This document shows, one piece after another, positions 9,359-19,784 of a stretch of 64,000 bases of DNA. The notes below the pieces were generated by a model. It made no database searches, was not told where the DNA came from, and saw only the letters and a program-made list of their open reading frames with translations. This DNA comes from Gemmatimonadota bacterium. Lineage in GTDB: Bacteria; Gemmatimonadota; Gemmatimonadetes; Longimicrobiales; Gaopeijiaceae. The DNA is taken from contig JBDHHQ010000027.1 of the NCBI GenBank assembly GCA_039589315.1, positions 32,001 through 96,000 on the forward strand, written 5' to 3'. Each line of letters begins with the position of its first letter. The first letter of the stretch is position 1. Both the position numbers and the translations under genes were made by a program.

Positions 9359-10366
9359 CTACTGCTGAGCCGTCGGCGACCTCTTCAACGTGTCCGACGG
9401 CCGCTCATCGAAGACCTCTCTGTAGAGGCGAGAGAAATCGCCGAAGTGCCAGAAGCCCCAGGCCACCGCCTCCGCCGTGACCGTCGTGGATCCGTATCTA
9501 GCGGCGCGCAACGCCTGACGGACCCGATGCAGCTTGAGGCGGGTCAGGTAGGCCATAGGCGTCATGCCGAGGATCTCACGGAAGGCGTATTGTAGCGTTC
9601 GCTCGCTGACGTGCGCGGCTCTACACAGGTCGGTCACGTACAGACGCTCTCCCAAGTGCGCGATCGCGTGGGCTTCTGCAGCCTTGATGACCTTGCTGTA
9701 CCCTCGCCGGGTCCGGTCTCTGCGTGTGAGGTCGAGGAAAGAGCCCGCGCTGAGGGTCTCCAGGAGCATTTCCAGAATCTGGGCGTGCGCCGTTTCCCGT
9801 GATCGTTCGCTGCCGTTGAACACGGCCGGCCGGCGTCGCGCCATGTCGGTGATCTGCTTGCCGAGCTCGTAGTAGGGACGAGCACCCAACTCACTGGGGA
9901 GTCGCATCTCGATCTTGCTCGGAAACGTGAGCTCATCGCTGCGCTGCCGCACTCGCAGGTGCTCGGCCAAATCACTCGTCGAGATCAGGAAGGTGACGCT
10001 GCTGTATCCCGGCTCGACCACCAGTTCCCCCTCCGCGCCGGGCGGCACTGCCAGCACGACGTCGGGGCGCATCGTCAACCCCTCGATGCTGCCCTTGGCT
10101 CTGGCACCGATGGCAAGGAACGCCATCAAGTCATCCTGCACCTTGGTGCGGGTGCGGAGGCGACGGTTGGTCGAGTGGAAGACCACCACGCCGCCCGTCA
10201 ACCGGACGACCACGCGCAGGGCCTGAAAAGGCTTGTCCTCGAGGTGGACTACGTCTTGGTCAAGGACTTCGATGCCCTCACGAGCGGCCGTCGGGTCCCT
10301 GATGTCAGCGACGGTCACCGCGGGCGGTGACTCGGGCTGGAGCGCTTCGGCACGGCTTTCGAGCAA
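9359..10366 (-). CDS. AraC-family regulator (EutR-like)
   Basis: LCRAAHVSERTLQYAF and WGFWHFGDFSRLYREVFDERPSDTL HTH motifs. Confidence 0.9.
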   Translation of the reverse strand: MLESRAEALQPESPPAVTVADIRDPTAAREGIEVLDQDVVHLEDKPFQALRVVVRLTGGVVVFHSTNRRLRTRTKVQDDLMAFLAIGARAKGSIEGLTMRPDVVLAVPPGAEGELVVEPGYSSVTFLISTSDLAEHLRVRQRSDELTFPSKIEMRLPSELGARPYYELGKQITDMARRRPAVFNGSERSRETAHAQILEMLLETLSAGSFLDLTRRDRTRRGYSKVIKAAEAHAIAHLGERLYVTDLCRAAHVSERTLQYAFREILGMTPMAYLTRLKLHRVRQALRAARYGSTTVTAEAVAWGFWHFGDFSRLYREVFDERPSDTLKRSPTAQQ

Positions 10367-10538
10367 GCGTCACATCCTGCGGAATTCCGATAGAGGAGGC
10401 CGAAAATCCACACTAACCTTTGGGACACGCACTGGAAACGGTCCACTTCGACGCCACCTGGGTCGCCTGATGATCGTGGGTCATCTATGGCTCGATGCGC
10501 TGGGCAGTTCCGCGACATGACGCCGTCAGGAGGATCCT

Positions 10539-11111
10539 ATGACCGGCCGTGTACCTGCTGCACTGTTCTGTTCAACCCTCCTTTTCACGACACCCATCCA
10601 AGCGCAGCTGCGGGGTGGCAGCACCTCGTTTGGGCTGTCCGGCGGAGCCTCCTCAAGCCAGCTAAGCGGGGGCAGCATCAACACGGACTTCCGATGGGGG
10701 GTTATGGCGGGCGCCTACGCGAGCTTCCGACCCAGCCGCAACACCGTGACGGCGCTCGAGGCGAATTGGGTCCAGAAGGGCGGCGGCGATACGCGACTCG
10801 ACTACATCGAAGTCCCCTTCACCGTCGGAGCCGCCGGTCCGCTGGGTGGCAGTGAATGGGCGGGCCGCCTCTACACCGGCATCGGCATCGGCTTCAAGGT
10901 GTCGTGTAGCTCGGACGCGACCCTACTCGACTGCGACAACGCGAATAGCACCGAGTGGGCCTGGCCCTTCGGCCTCATGGTCAGCCGGTTCGGCAGCTCC
11001 GGTCGCCCGGTTGGCTTCGACCTCCGCTACTCCGTGGGACTGTCTGACGTTTCCGCGGCGTTCGCTCAGAACCGCGCCTGGCAGATGCGAGTCTTCTTAG
11101 GCGTCGGATGA
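10539..11111 (+). CDS. Small outer-membrane beta-barrel protein
   Basis: Signal peptide; QKGG, LDYIEVP and DLRYSVGL strand pattern. Confidence 0.75.
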   Translation: MTGRVPAALFCSTLLFTTPIQAQLRGGSTSFGLSGGASSSQLSGGSINTDFRWGVMAGAYASFRPSRNTVTALEANWVQKGGGDTRLDYIEVPFTVGAAGPLGGSEWAGRLYTGIGIGFKVSCSSDATLLDCDNANSTEWAWPFGLMVSRFGSSGRPVGFDLRYSVGLSDVSAAFAQNRAWQMRVFLGVG

Positions 11112-12361
11112 CGATGTCGATGGAGCCATTCGTGGGGCTGTGTCCGGCGGAGCGGTCCCGACCGACTGGCGAGGCGACTCGCGTCGTAGGGTCTCTGATC
11201 CTCGCGTTCGCCCTGTCAGGGTCGGAGGCGCGAGCTCAGGACACGGAGCGGCGACCGGACGAAGCGGCTCGGCAGGAGCCGACCGTGGAAGACGTACTCG
11301 GCGGAATCGACGTGTATGGTCGCTTCCTGGCACACCTGGCCGCCTACAACGAACAGGCGGAGATGCAAGGCAACGGGTCGCGGTTGGGTGCCAGCGTGTC
11401 GATCGGTGACGATATCCACTTCATCGCGGGCATCGAGCTTGGAGTCAGCTTGATTCAGGCGACCCAGTTCAACGCGGGTGCCGCGACGAGCGGAAGCGCC
11501 TTCAGCCTCAGGGAGGAATCCGAAGAGACCTTCGGGACCCGGCTGGGTTTCCTGGGCACAGACTTCGGCAGTGCTGGAACGTTGACGCTGGGCAAGCAGC
11601 GAGCGGTCCACTACGACATCGCACGGTACACGACCGACCAGTTCAACGTCTTCGGCGGTCAAGGCAGCCAAACGTATACCGCCGGAACCGACGGCGGGAC
11701 TTTGGGCACGGGTCGCGTCGATTCCGCCCTGCAGTACCGGGTTCAGCTCGACCGCATTCGACTCGGAGGACAGCTGCAGTTTCGTACCGCTTCAGGTGAC
11801 AACTTCCTGGATGGCTTTGGTCTCGCCGCTACGGTTGACGTCACGGAGGGTCTTTCACTCGGCGGCGCCTACACACGAGCGATCATCGAGGAAGCGCTCA
11901 TCGAAGAGTCTCCCGGGCTGGACGGGGATGCCGAGTTCGGCATCCTGGGCGCCCGGTACGACTCGGATTCGTTCGAAGCCGGCGTCGTGGTTTCGACGCA
12001 ATCGAACGGCGACGTGGCCCGCCTTCCTGATGACGACGAGGACCCCGAAAGTTTTCTGCCGGTCTTCTTCGGAGCCAGTGGCTTCGAGGTCTTCGGGAAG
12101 GTGAAGCCCGGACAGTTCGCACTGCTCGGCGGCTTCGTCTACAACGAGCCAAGAGACCCGCTGGACCCGGTGCTGTCCCAGGACTTCGTTACGCGATACG
12201 CCATCCTGGGCGGTGAGTACTGGTTCCGCCCCAACACGGCCGTCTACGCCGAATGGCGTCTCGATGACAGCGTGAACGTCGATGACACCGAAGGCTTCGA
12301 CGTCCTCACCGTGGGGTTTCTTTACGGCTTCAGCTTTCGCGGCACAACGAAGGTCTACTGA
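11108..12361 (+). CDS. Porin
   Basis: SRLG, TRLGFLG and GTLTLGKQ gram-negative porin pattern. Confidence 0.8.
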   Translation: MTMSMEPFVGLCPAERSRPTGEATRVVGSLILAFALSGSEARAQDTERRPDEAARQEPTVEDVLGGIDVYGRFLAHLAAYNEQAEMQGNGSRLGASVSIGDDIHFIAGIELGVSLIQATQFNAGAATSGSAFSLREESEETFGTRLGFLGTDFGSAGTLTLGKQRAVHYDIARYTTDQFNVFGGQGSQTYTAGTDGGTLGTGRVDSALQYRVQLDRIRLGGQLQFRTASGDNFLDGFGLAATVDVTEGLSLGGAYTRAIIEEALIEESPGLDGDAEFGILGARYDSDSFEAGVVVSTQSNGDVARLPDDDEDPESFLPVFFGASGFEVFGKVKPGQFALLGGFVYNEPRDPLDPVLSQDFVTRYAILGGEYWFRPNTAVYAEWRLDDSVNVDDTEGFDVLTVGFLYGFSFRGTTKVY

Positions 12362-12403
12362 CACTAGGCAGCGTCCGCCTTTGCGGGAGATCTGCCTGGA
12401 GAG

Positions 12404-14263
12404 TTGCTCATGAACAGCGTCCACGACTCGGCCAGGATCCGGACGATCACCGACTGGCCCAAGATCGCCCATCTGTTGCCGATCTTCTGGCCCCTCCTGA
12501 CGCTGGGCACGGGGATCGATGCTCAGCAGGTCCCCGGCGCCGCCGGCCGCCCGAACGTCGTCATCATCCTCGCCGACGACATGGGGTTCGCCGACTTGGG
12601 TTCCTTCGGCAGCGAGATCCCTACTCCGAACCTCGACGCCTTGGCGGAAGAGGGCATGCGGTTCACGCAGTTCTACACACACGGGAGCTGCTCTCCAACG
12701 AGATCCATGTTGCTATCGGGTGTCGACAATCACCTGAACGGGTTGGGGAACATGGACGAGTGGACCGCGCCGAACCAAATGGGACAGCCGGGCTACGAGG
12801 GATATCTCAACCGTGGGGTGGTAACCTTGCCGGAGCTTCTCGCGGAAGCCGGATACCACACCTACATGACCGGCAAGTGGCACATGGGGAAGGCGCCGCA
12901 CCTGATTCCGGCCGCTCGTGGCTTCGAACGGGATTTCAGCCTGCTCGACGGTGCGGGAAGCTACTGGGACATGACCAACTTCACGGCTTTCACGCCCCGC
13001 TCCGTCTTCACCGAGGACGGACGCTATTTGACCCAGCTGCCCGACGACTACTTCGCGACGCGGACCTACACGGACAAGATGATCGACTTCATCGAGTCTA
13101 ATCGTGGGGACGGCAAGCCCTTCTTCGCATATCTGGCTCATCAGGCCCCGCACGATCCCTACCACCTGCCTGCGTCGTGGCGAGAGCGTCACGTGGGTGA
13201 GTACGACAGGGGGTGGGACGCAACGCGTGACGCCCGCCTCGAGCGCCAGGTGGAGCTCGGCATTATGCCTTCGGGCACCGAGCTCGCCGAGCGCATGTGG
13301 TTCGTTCCAGACCCGATCGCGCTCGCCCCCGCTGCGCGGGCGCTCCTGGGCATGAAGATGGAGCTTTACGCGGGCATGATGGAGAATCTGGATCATCACG
13401 TGGGCCGGCTGGTGGACTTCCTGAAGGGAATCGGGCAGTACGAGAACACCGTCTTTCTGGTGTTCGGCGACAACGGTGCCGAGGGTGCCGACCTATTCGA
13501 GATGATCGCCGGCACACCAGGTACGCTCAACTATCTCTTCGCGGCGGCGAACTGGTCCCAGACCCATCCTAACGCCTGGGGCGATCCGGGTTCCTACGTC
13601 GGCTACGGACCCATGTGGGCCCAGGTCTCGATGACCCCGTTTAGCCAATACAAGGGATGGCTCGCGGAGGGCGGCATCCGAAACGCGCTGATCGTCAGCG
13701 GACCGGTCGTCGGACGACCGCCAGGAAGCATCAACGACGCCGTCATGCACGTCGCCGACATCATGCCCACCCTCCTGGACGTCGCGGGCACGAGCTACCC
13801 GGACTCGCGAGACGGGACCGAGCTGCCTGCTCTCATGGGTCACTCGTGGGTCGGCCTGCTGTCGGGTGCCGAGGAAGCCATACGGAGCGACGAGGACTAT
13901 GTGGGATGGGAGCTCTTCGGGAATCGTGCCCTGCGGCAGGGCGACTGGAAGATCCGTTGGCAGTACAGGTCGTACGGCACGGAGGATTGGGAGCTCTTCA
14001 ACCTCAGGAACGACCCCGCGGAGCGCCACGACCTCTCCGAGGAACAGCCGGACAAGGTCCAGGCCATGTTGGCCCTTTGGGACGAGTACGTCCTGGCGAA
14101 CAACGTCGTTCTGCCAACCCGGTCGGTCTACGAGGGGCTGGAGGACCAACTGCCCGAGCGGTTCCCAGTCGAAGCGGGCTTTCCGCCGCTCCTCTACAAG
14201 AGGCAGTTTGTGCCCCCTCCGGAGATGACCGGTCCGCCACGGTCGGGCGGAGAGGGTCGATGA
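12404..14263 (+). CDS. Arylsulfatase (Cys-type, AtsA-like); start uncertain
   Basis: PNVVIILADDMG, CSPTR formylglycine motif, GKWH, APH, DNG. Confidence 0.93.
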   Translation: MLMNSVHDSARIRTITDWPKIAHLLPIFWPLLTLGTGIDAQQVPGAAGRPNVVIILADDMGFADLGSFGSEIPTPNLDALAEEGMRFTQFYTHGSCSPTRSMLLSGVDNHLNGLGNMDEWTAPNQMGQPGYEGYLNRGVVTLPELLAEAGYHTYMTGKWHMGKAPHLIPAARGFERDFSLLDGAGSYWDMTNFTAFTPRSVFTEDGRYLTQLPDDYFATRTYTDKMIDFIESNRGDGKPFFAYLAHQAPHDPYHLPASWRERHVGEYDRGWDATRDARLERQVELGIMPSGTELAERMWFVPDPIALAPAARALLGMKMELYAGMMENLDHHVGRLVDFLKGIGQYENTVFLVFGDNGAEGADLFEMIAGTPGTLNYLFAAANWSQTHPNAWGDPGSYVGYGPMWAQVSMTPFSQYKGWLAEGGIRNALIVSGPVVGRPPGSINDAVMHVADIMPTLLDVAGTSYPDSRDGTELPALMGHSWVGLLSGAEEAIRSDEDYVGWELFGNRALRQGDWKIRWQYRSYGTEDWELFNLRNDPAERHDLSEEQPDKVQAMLALWDEYVLANNVVLPTRSVYEGLEDQLPERFPVEAGFPPLLYKRQFVPPPEMTGPPRSGGEGR

Positions 14264-15261
14264 GTGCGGACGTCCGGCTCATGGGAGTTTCGTCTCGCCG
14301 GTGGCTGTCTGTTTCACTCGCGGCGCTCTTCGTGACTCTGCTGGCCTCGTCCGTTTCTGCCCAACTGCCGGCGCGCTTCTACTGGAAGACCCTCGTAGGC
14401 ACCAACGCAGTCCCGGTCTTGGGCATGTCGCTGAGCGGTAACGCGAGTCCGCTTGATCCGGCGCACACCGTGTTACCGGACGCCTCCGTCAGCGCGACGA
14501 TGGTGGTTGCCGGATATGGCAAAGTGCTCCCCGTGGTCGGGCGCTCGGGTCTCCTTGCCGTGCTGGTTCCGATGGGGAGAGTGTCCGGCGACGTGACCCT
14601 CGGCGCGCTGGAATCCAACCAGGACGCCAGCGGCTTCGGGGATCCACTCGTGGAGCTCGCTGTGAACGTGATCGGCCCCAAGCCGATCCGAAACATCCCC
14701 GACTTGCTGCGATACGAACCCGGGTTCTCCCTGGATCTGATCGCCGATGTCGCGATACCACTCGGCGAGTACGACAACGAACAGCCTCTCAACATTGGTC
14801 AGAACCGTTGGTATGGTCGGGTCGGGGCACCCATCGTCTGGCAGCTGGGTGCATGGGTGCCCGGCCGTCGCACCACTCTGGAGTTCCTCCCCTCACTCTG
14901 GCTGTTCGGGAGCAACGACGACTTCGTCGGTCGCGAGCTCGAGACCGATCCCATGTTCCAGGTCGAGGGCCATGTGACGCGAGATCTCACGAGTGGCCTG
15001 TGGGCCGCCTTCGACGCGACCTGGATCACCGGTGGGAAGTCCACGATCGACGGGGTCGAGGGCGAGGAGCTCAACAACATCGGGGTCGGGTTCACGCTCG
15101 GGTACCAAATCAACGAACACCTGCAGCTCACGACGGGCTATCTGGCGACGGTGAACGCCAGTGCCTCTGACGATCTCCGGTTGGACAACTTTCGGCTCTC
15201 GCTCGTATATGGCTGGCACTCGCTGATCGAGGGGATTGAGCGACTCGGAGAAGGGCAGTGA
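14260..15261 (+). CDS. Outer-membrane transporter (phenol-degradation MetA/SphA-like)
   Basis: ATG at 14260 overlaps the sulfatase stop; SGFGDP and PLGEYD..NIGQNRW motifs. Confidence 0.75.
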   Translation: MSADVRLMGVSSRRWLSVSLAALFVTLLASSVSAQLPARFYWKTLVGTNAVPVLGMSLSGNASPLDPAHTVLPDASVSATMVVAGYGKVLPVVGRSGLLAVLVPMGRVSGDVTLGALESNQDASGFGDPLVELAVNVIGPKPIRNIPDLLRYEPGFSLDLIADVAIPLGEYDNEQPLNIGQNRWYGRVGAPIVWQLGAWVPGRRTTLEFLPSLWLFGSNDDFVGRELETDPMFQVEGHVTRDLTSGLWAAFDATWITGGKSTIDGVEGEELNNIGVGFTLGYQINEHLQLTTGYLATVNASASDDLRLDNFRLSLVYGWHSLIEGIERLGEGQ

Positions 15262-15521
15262 TCGCCCGGGGAGAGGAGACGCTAATCGGTGCCGTAGCGC
15301 GGCAGGAGGGTCAAACGATCCTCTCCGGCGCCGAAGCGGGAAGAGGTTGGAGCATGGTCATCTCAGACGATCACATGGCTTTGTCCCTGACCATGACGGA
15401 GGACGGAACGGGGTTCGTTGTTTTTGGAGCCTGCATTCCGACCGACCAAACGTCGCCGTCGGGGCTGTCATCCCGAAAGGGTTCATGGCCTGAAGGCGAT
15501 AGCACGACTCTTGACCTATGA
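15258..15521 (+). CDS. Small hypothetical protein, possibly truncated
   Basis: Coupled to the upstream gene; GRGWSMVIS..GFVVFGAC looks protein-like. Confidence 0.35.
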   Translation: MIARGEETLIGAVARQEGQTILSGAEAGRGWSMVISDDHMALSLTMTEDGTGFVVFGACIPTDQTSPSGLSSRKGSWPEGDSTTLDL

Positions 15522-15829
15522 CGGGGGGCGTGCTATCCATTTCCATGGAGATCAAGGGCCGTGGGACCCGGGACATCTATGAAGGCGCCGACACGAAGAC
15601 GGCACGCAAGACGCTGCCTCGGGAGCTATGGAGCAACGCTCGTCGCAAGCTGGACCGGTTGTACCACGCTAAGAGCCTGAACGATCTCCGGTGGCCCGGC
15701 GGGAAGCTGGAGGCCTTGAAAGGAGAACGGAAGGGGCAGCATTCGATCAGGATCAACGACCAATACCGGATCTGTTTCGTGTGGACGCGTGAAGGAGCGA
15801 AGGAGGTCGAAATGACGGACTACCACTAA
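15518..15829 (+). CDS. higB: HigB toxin (RelE/ParE superfamily)
   Basis: ARRKL, LEALKGERKGQHSIRINDQYRICF, DYH terminus. Confidence 0.92.
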   Translation: MTGGVLSISMEIKGRGTRDIYEGADTKTARKTLPRELWSNARRKLDRLYHAKSLNDLRWPGGKLEALKGERKGQHSIRINDQYRICFVWTREGAKEVEMTDYH

Positions 15830-15888
15830 TCGAACGGGACATGGAGGAACACACCTAGGGACCCCAACCTAGGACAAGGGAGCAAGCG

Positions 15889-16209
15889 ATGAAGACGACC
15901 GAAGCCGGTCTACCCCAGCACCGTCCACCCACTCATCCGGGTGAGATGCTACTCGAGGAGTTCTTGAAGCCAGCAGGAATCAGCCAGTCCGAGCTCGCGC
16001 GAGAGATCGGAGTGTCGTTCCAGCGGGTAAACGCGCTATGCAACCAGCGTCGCGAGATGACGCCCGACACGGCGCTTCGTTTGGCGAAGGTGTTCGGCAC
16101 GTCGCCGGAGTTCTGGATGGGCCTACAGGCGAGCTGGGACCTATGGCACGCGATGCGCGCACCGGAAGCGAAGGACCATGAACGAATTAGGCAGCTACGG
16201 CCAGCCTGA
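15889..16209 (+). CDS. higA: HigA antitoxin
   Basis: HPGEMLLEEFL, TPDTALRL, FWMGLQ; toxin-first gene order. Confidence 0.92.
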   Translation: MKTTEAGLPQHRPPTHPGEMLLEEFLKPAGISQSELAREIGVSFQRVNALCNQRREMTPDTALRLAKVFGTSPEFWMGLQASWDLWHAMRAPEAKDHERIRQLRPA

Positions 16210-16254
16210 ACGGGAGCGTTCAATGGCTACGCAGGTTCATCATGTCGTTTGCTG

Positions 16255-16366
16255 TTGCCAACGTTTTGCCAACGCTCCGTGAGAACAGACGCAACCAGAC
16301 GCAATAAGCCTGAGGGAACTTGAAACCGGCGGGCGCAAGCCCACGTGGGTTCGAGCCGAGCGGCCG
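16255..16366 (+). repeat. att-like element copy 4; internal spacer missing, truncated 12 bp into the T-loop insert
   Basis: TTGCCAACGTTTTGCCAACG..CAGACGCAACCAGACGCAA..CTTGAAACCGGCGGGCGCAAGCCCACGTGGGTTCGAGCCGAGCGGCCG. Confidence 0.85.
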
Positions 16367-16585
16367 GGTAGGTATCGGATGCGGGAATGGGCGCCGGATC
16401 CCGAACCCCCGGAGCCGTGCATTGGGGCGAATGGGGGAAGGGCAGATTGGCCGGGGACGCTGCTCAGTCGTGCAGGGACTGCTCGGACACGGGGCCCCGC
16501 GGGAAGTGTGGTCCCGGGATCGGGTCGATCTCCGAGTGAATGGACCTGGCCCTGGCCTCGCGCTCGGACGTGCCGAGCAGGCGCG

Positions 16586-18940
16586 TCAGTTGATGCGCTG
16601 ACGAAGCTCGATCGCTTTACTGCGCGCCGCCTCGACGCCCGGCTGGAACTCCGGATCGGCGTCCTTCCACAGCTCGGCAAAACGCTCGTACCAGCCGGCG
16701 GAGCCCTCGAGATTCCCGAGCTGCTCGTTGATCTCGGCGAGTCGGAGGAGGGCCGGCGGAAACCGGTAGCCGTCGCCCCGCAGCCGATCAATCTCGGTGC
16801 GGGTCACGTATTCCTCGTACTCCCGGGCGGCGGACTCGAGGTCACCCTGTGCCTCGTACAGCTGGCCGAGGGCGTATCGCACCCGCATCCGGCACAGGCC
16901 CGAACAGTCCAGCTTGAGAGGCCGAAGCTCGTCGATTCCCCTTTCGGTGTCTCCCCCCGTGGCAGCCAGCAAGGCAGCGACCTCCCTGGGGTCCTCCTGC
17001 TCGAGGCCGCCCCAGTATTGCTCCGGGACCTCTTCCAGAAACTCCGCGTAGAGGGAGTCCGCCATGTCCGGCAGCCCGAGGTCCAAGAGGGCACGGGCCA
17101 TGAACAGGTAGGAGCGGTCGAGTGGGTCCATCTCGTGGAGGGGGAACTCCTCCATGGCCTGCGCGAGGTGGGCGTGGGCACGCGCCGTGTCCTGGTAATA
17201 CGTGGCGATCGAAATGGCCCTTATGGCTTCGCCGTTCAGGGCCCAGCGATCCAGACCCACGGCTTCGCTGGAGCGAACGAACTCGCGTCCGAAGACGTCC
17301 GCATCGGTGAGTCGTCCGTTGATCATGCCGATGATCCAATGCCCCGCGTTGCCGTAGAAGCGGGCCAACGGATTGCGGGGGAATTCCTCGACGAGGACCT
17401 CGAACAGGGAGTCCGCAGCTTCGTACGCGCCGGCAGCGAATGCCACCCAGCCCGGATACATCCAGGCCGAGTACGACTCCGGAAAGACCCCCTTCCACTC
17501 GGCCAACGTGGCCTCGACCTCCTCTCGCTTCTCCAGCAGGAAGAGCGTACCAGCCAGATTGCTGTAGTTGGTGCTGCTCGCGTCCGTCTCGATCGCCAGC
17601 CGGTACGCCCGCTCGGCATCGGCGTACTTGCCCGAACGGTTGTAGACGTTGCCCAGATTGTTGAGCGCCACGTGGTTGGTGGGATCGAGCTCCAATACGT
17701 TCTCGTAGCCGCGCGAGGCCGCGTCCAGATCTCCCACCACGAGATGGAAGTACGTGGCGTCCGCTACGAAGCGCTCTACAGGCGGTAGGCGGTCACGCAG
17801 CTCGTACGCGCGTGTGTAGGCCTCGACCTGCTCGCTACGGCTTCCAAAGGTGTTGCCGAGCTGGACGCCCAGCTTCCGATGGGCCATGGCAAAATCCGGG
17901 TCGACGCGCGTCGCCTCCCGGTACAGGTCCACCGCACGGATGGCGTCCCCGCGTCGCTCCACGTCGTATGCCTGTGTGTACAGGCGCAGCGCCTCGAGTG
18001 ACGAGGTCGTGACCTGGCTCAGCGGCGGGTCGGCGGCGATCGACCCGAGGGGCTCTCCAGCCTTGTCACGGATGGCGCGCCCAAGCCGGTCGATGGCCTC
18101 CACAAGGCGGGTCGTGTCGGGCACGGTCTCGCGGAACGACGCCAGCACTTGGCCCGTCGACGCGTCGACCAGTCGAGCAGTCATGACGGACCGTCCGCCC
18201 AGCGGAGCCACGTCCCCGGTGAGCACAGCCTTCAATCCCTCCCGGACCGCCAGCTCGGTGGCGAGCTCTTCGTCGAGACCACCCGAAGGGTCTCGCTCCA
18301 TGCGCTCGAGCGCGCTTCTCAGTGGTGTCGGCTGCATCAACCGGATCATGGGTGACCGGTCCAGGCTCAACCGCAGCGCCTCGGTGACGAGCTCGGAGGG
18401 CACACTCGGCTGGCTGCTCGCGAAGTCGGCGAGGACGACGAGCTCGCCCTCCTCGAACACACCCTGTGCGACGAGCGTCCCCGGATCCCCGATTCCCAGG
18501 GCGCGCATGCTCAGGTAACTGGTCCCGATCACCCCAAGGAGAGCGAAGGCGAGCACGCCGCCCAGCATGGCGCGGTTCCACGTGAGGAGCCGTGCGAGTC
18601 GCTCGTAGGAAGGGTGGCCTTCGAAGCTCGCGAACGCCCTCGGGGAGGACTCTATCGCGGGCGCTGTTTCCTCCTCGGGGACTTCGGGTTCGCCATCGTC
18701 GAGCGGTTCGGCTGCGGCAGCCCCCGGCCCCTCCTGAACGAACGCCGTGGCAACTACCAGCGGGAGGCCGAGCAGCAGCACGAGCATGGCTCCGGTGAAC
18801 GTCCAATCGGGCAGCAGACCGCGCTCGATGAACGTGTCGATGACCTCGAGGACCGCCCAGCCGGCGCCGAGGAAGATCAACGTGACCTGCCAGATCGAGC
18901 GTCGGTGGAACTCTTGGATGATGGCTCGAATCTGATTCAT
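16586..18940 (-). CDS. Membrane-anchored TPR-repeat protein
   Basis: N-terminal TM helices (HRRSIWQV), VTTSSLEALRLY, TPRs such as DPDFAMAH and ALNNLGNVY. Confidence 0.85.
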   Translation of the reverse strand: MNQIRAIIQEFHRRSIWQVTLIFLGAGWAVLEVIDTFIERGLLPDWTFTGAMLVLLLGLPLVVATAFVQEGPGAAAAEPLDDGEPEVPEEETAPAIESSPRAFASFEGHPSYERLARLLTWNRAMLGGVLAFALLGVIGTSYLSMRALGIGDPGTLVAQGVFEEGELVVLADFASSQPSVPSELVTEALRLSLDRSPMIRLMQPTPLRSALERMERDPSGGLDEELATELAVREGLKAVLTGDVAPLGGRSVMTARLVDASTGQVLASFRETVPDTTRLVEAIDRLGRAIRDKAGEPLGSIAADPPLSQVTTSSLEALRLYTQAYDVERRGDAIRAVDLYREATRVDPDFAMAHRKLGVQLGNTFGSRSEQVEAYTRAYELRDRLPPVERFVADATYFHLVVGDLDAASRGYENVLELDPTNHVALNNLGNVYNRSGKYADAERAYRLAIETDASSTNYSNLAGTLFLLEKREEVEATLAEWKGVFPESYSAWMYPGWVAFAAGAYEAADSLFEVLVEEFPRNPLARFYGNAGHWIIGMINGRLTDADVFGREFVRSSEAVGLDRWALNGEAIRAISIATYYQDTARAHAHLAQAMEEFPLHEMDPLDRSYLFMARALLDLGLPDMADSLYAEFLEEVPEQYWGGLEQEDPREVAALLAATGGDTERGIDELRPLKLDCSGLCRMRVRYALGQLYEAQGDLESAAREYEEYVTRTEIDRLRGDGYRFPPALLRLAEINEQLGNLEGSAGWYERFAELWKDADPEFQPGVEAARSKAIELRQRIN

Positions 18941-19290
18941 GCAGCGCGGAACGCGTGGGGGAGAAAGCTATCCGGGCATGGGCGCCGTGGGGATGACGGG
19001 TCACCTTGAATGTCCGACCCCGACCGCGCCGCGTCAACGGATTCGTCACGGAGGCACGACGATTTCGTCGCGTAACGGGCCACCGGTGCGGGACGGAGCT
19101 TCCCTCTTCGGGTCCGCTCGAACTGAGGCGGCTCGACCACCAGCTTTCCGCGACACTTCAGGTGGCGGAGCAGGCCGTTCGCCTGCGCGGTCGGGTCGAC
19201 CGCCGAGGGAATGTTGCGAGGGGGCGGTCTCCCTCCCGAGTTTGACTCCCGTATCGGAGTTCCCCGCGCCCTCCCGATCAGGAGCCAGCG

Positions 19291-19734
19291 ATGACCGAAG
19301 CCACCGCAGCACCCGTACCCAGGCCCAGACACCTGCTGGTGATCGGAATCCTCGCCGTGCTCTGGGACAGCATGGGGGCCTTCGACTACGTCATGACCCA
19401 GACGCGGAACGAGGCGTACATGAGCAACTTCACCCCTGAGCAGCTCGAGTTCTTCTACAACTTCCCGAGCTGGCTGGTGTTCTTCTGGGCCATCGCCGTC
19501 TGGGGTGGTCTGGCCGGTGCAGTGCTGCTGCTCATGAGAAAGCGGCTGGCCGTGCCAGTTCTGCTCACGTCGTTCGTGTGCATGGTCGTGACGGCCATCC
19601 ACAACTTCTTCATCGCCAACGGGCTGGAGATCATGGGCACGGGAGGCGCGATCTTCTCGGCAGCCATCTTCCTGATCGCACTGGGGTTGTGGTTGTATGC
19701 CCGGGCCATGGCGGAGAAGGGGGTGCTGGTCTAG
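19291..19734 (+). CDS. Hypothetical four-TM membrane protein
   Basis: GGAG RBS; hydrophobic helices; GAFDYVMTQ and WAIAVWGG. Confidence 0.8.
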   Translation: MTEATAAPVPRPRHLLVIGILAVLWDSMGAFDYVMTQTRNEAYMSNFTPEQLEFFYNFPSWLVFFWAIAVWGGLAGAVLLLMRKRLAVPVLLTSFVCMVVTAIHNFFIANGLEIMGTGGAIFSAAIFLIALGLWLYARAMAEKGVLV

Positions 19735-19784
19735 CCGACAGCAGGATGCCGCCTGGGTCGCCTGACAACAGCGCCAACCTGCGG

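Noticed and set aside
13657..14259. N-terminal extension of the 534-aa ORF (likewise 62829..63398, 36623..36769, 27271..27432)
   Set aside because: Arg/Pro-rich read-through overlapping other genes or intergenic DNA. Better starts lie downstream.
18941..19290. Riboswitch or ncRNA in the 350-bp divergent intergenic region
   Set aside because: Only short GC-rich stems, with no recognisable family motif.
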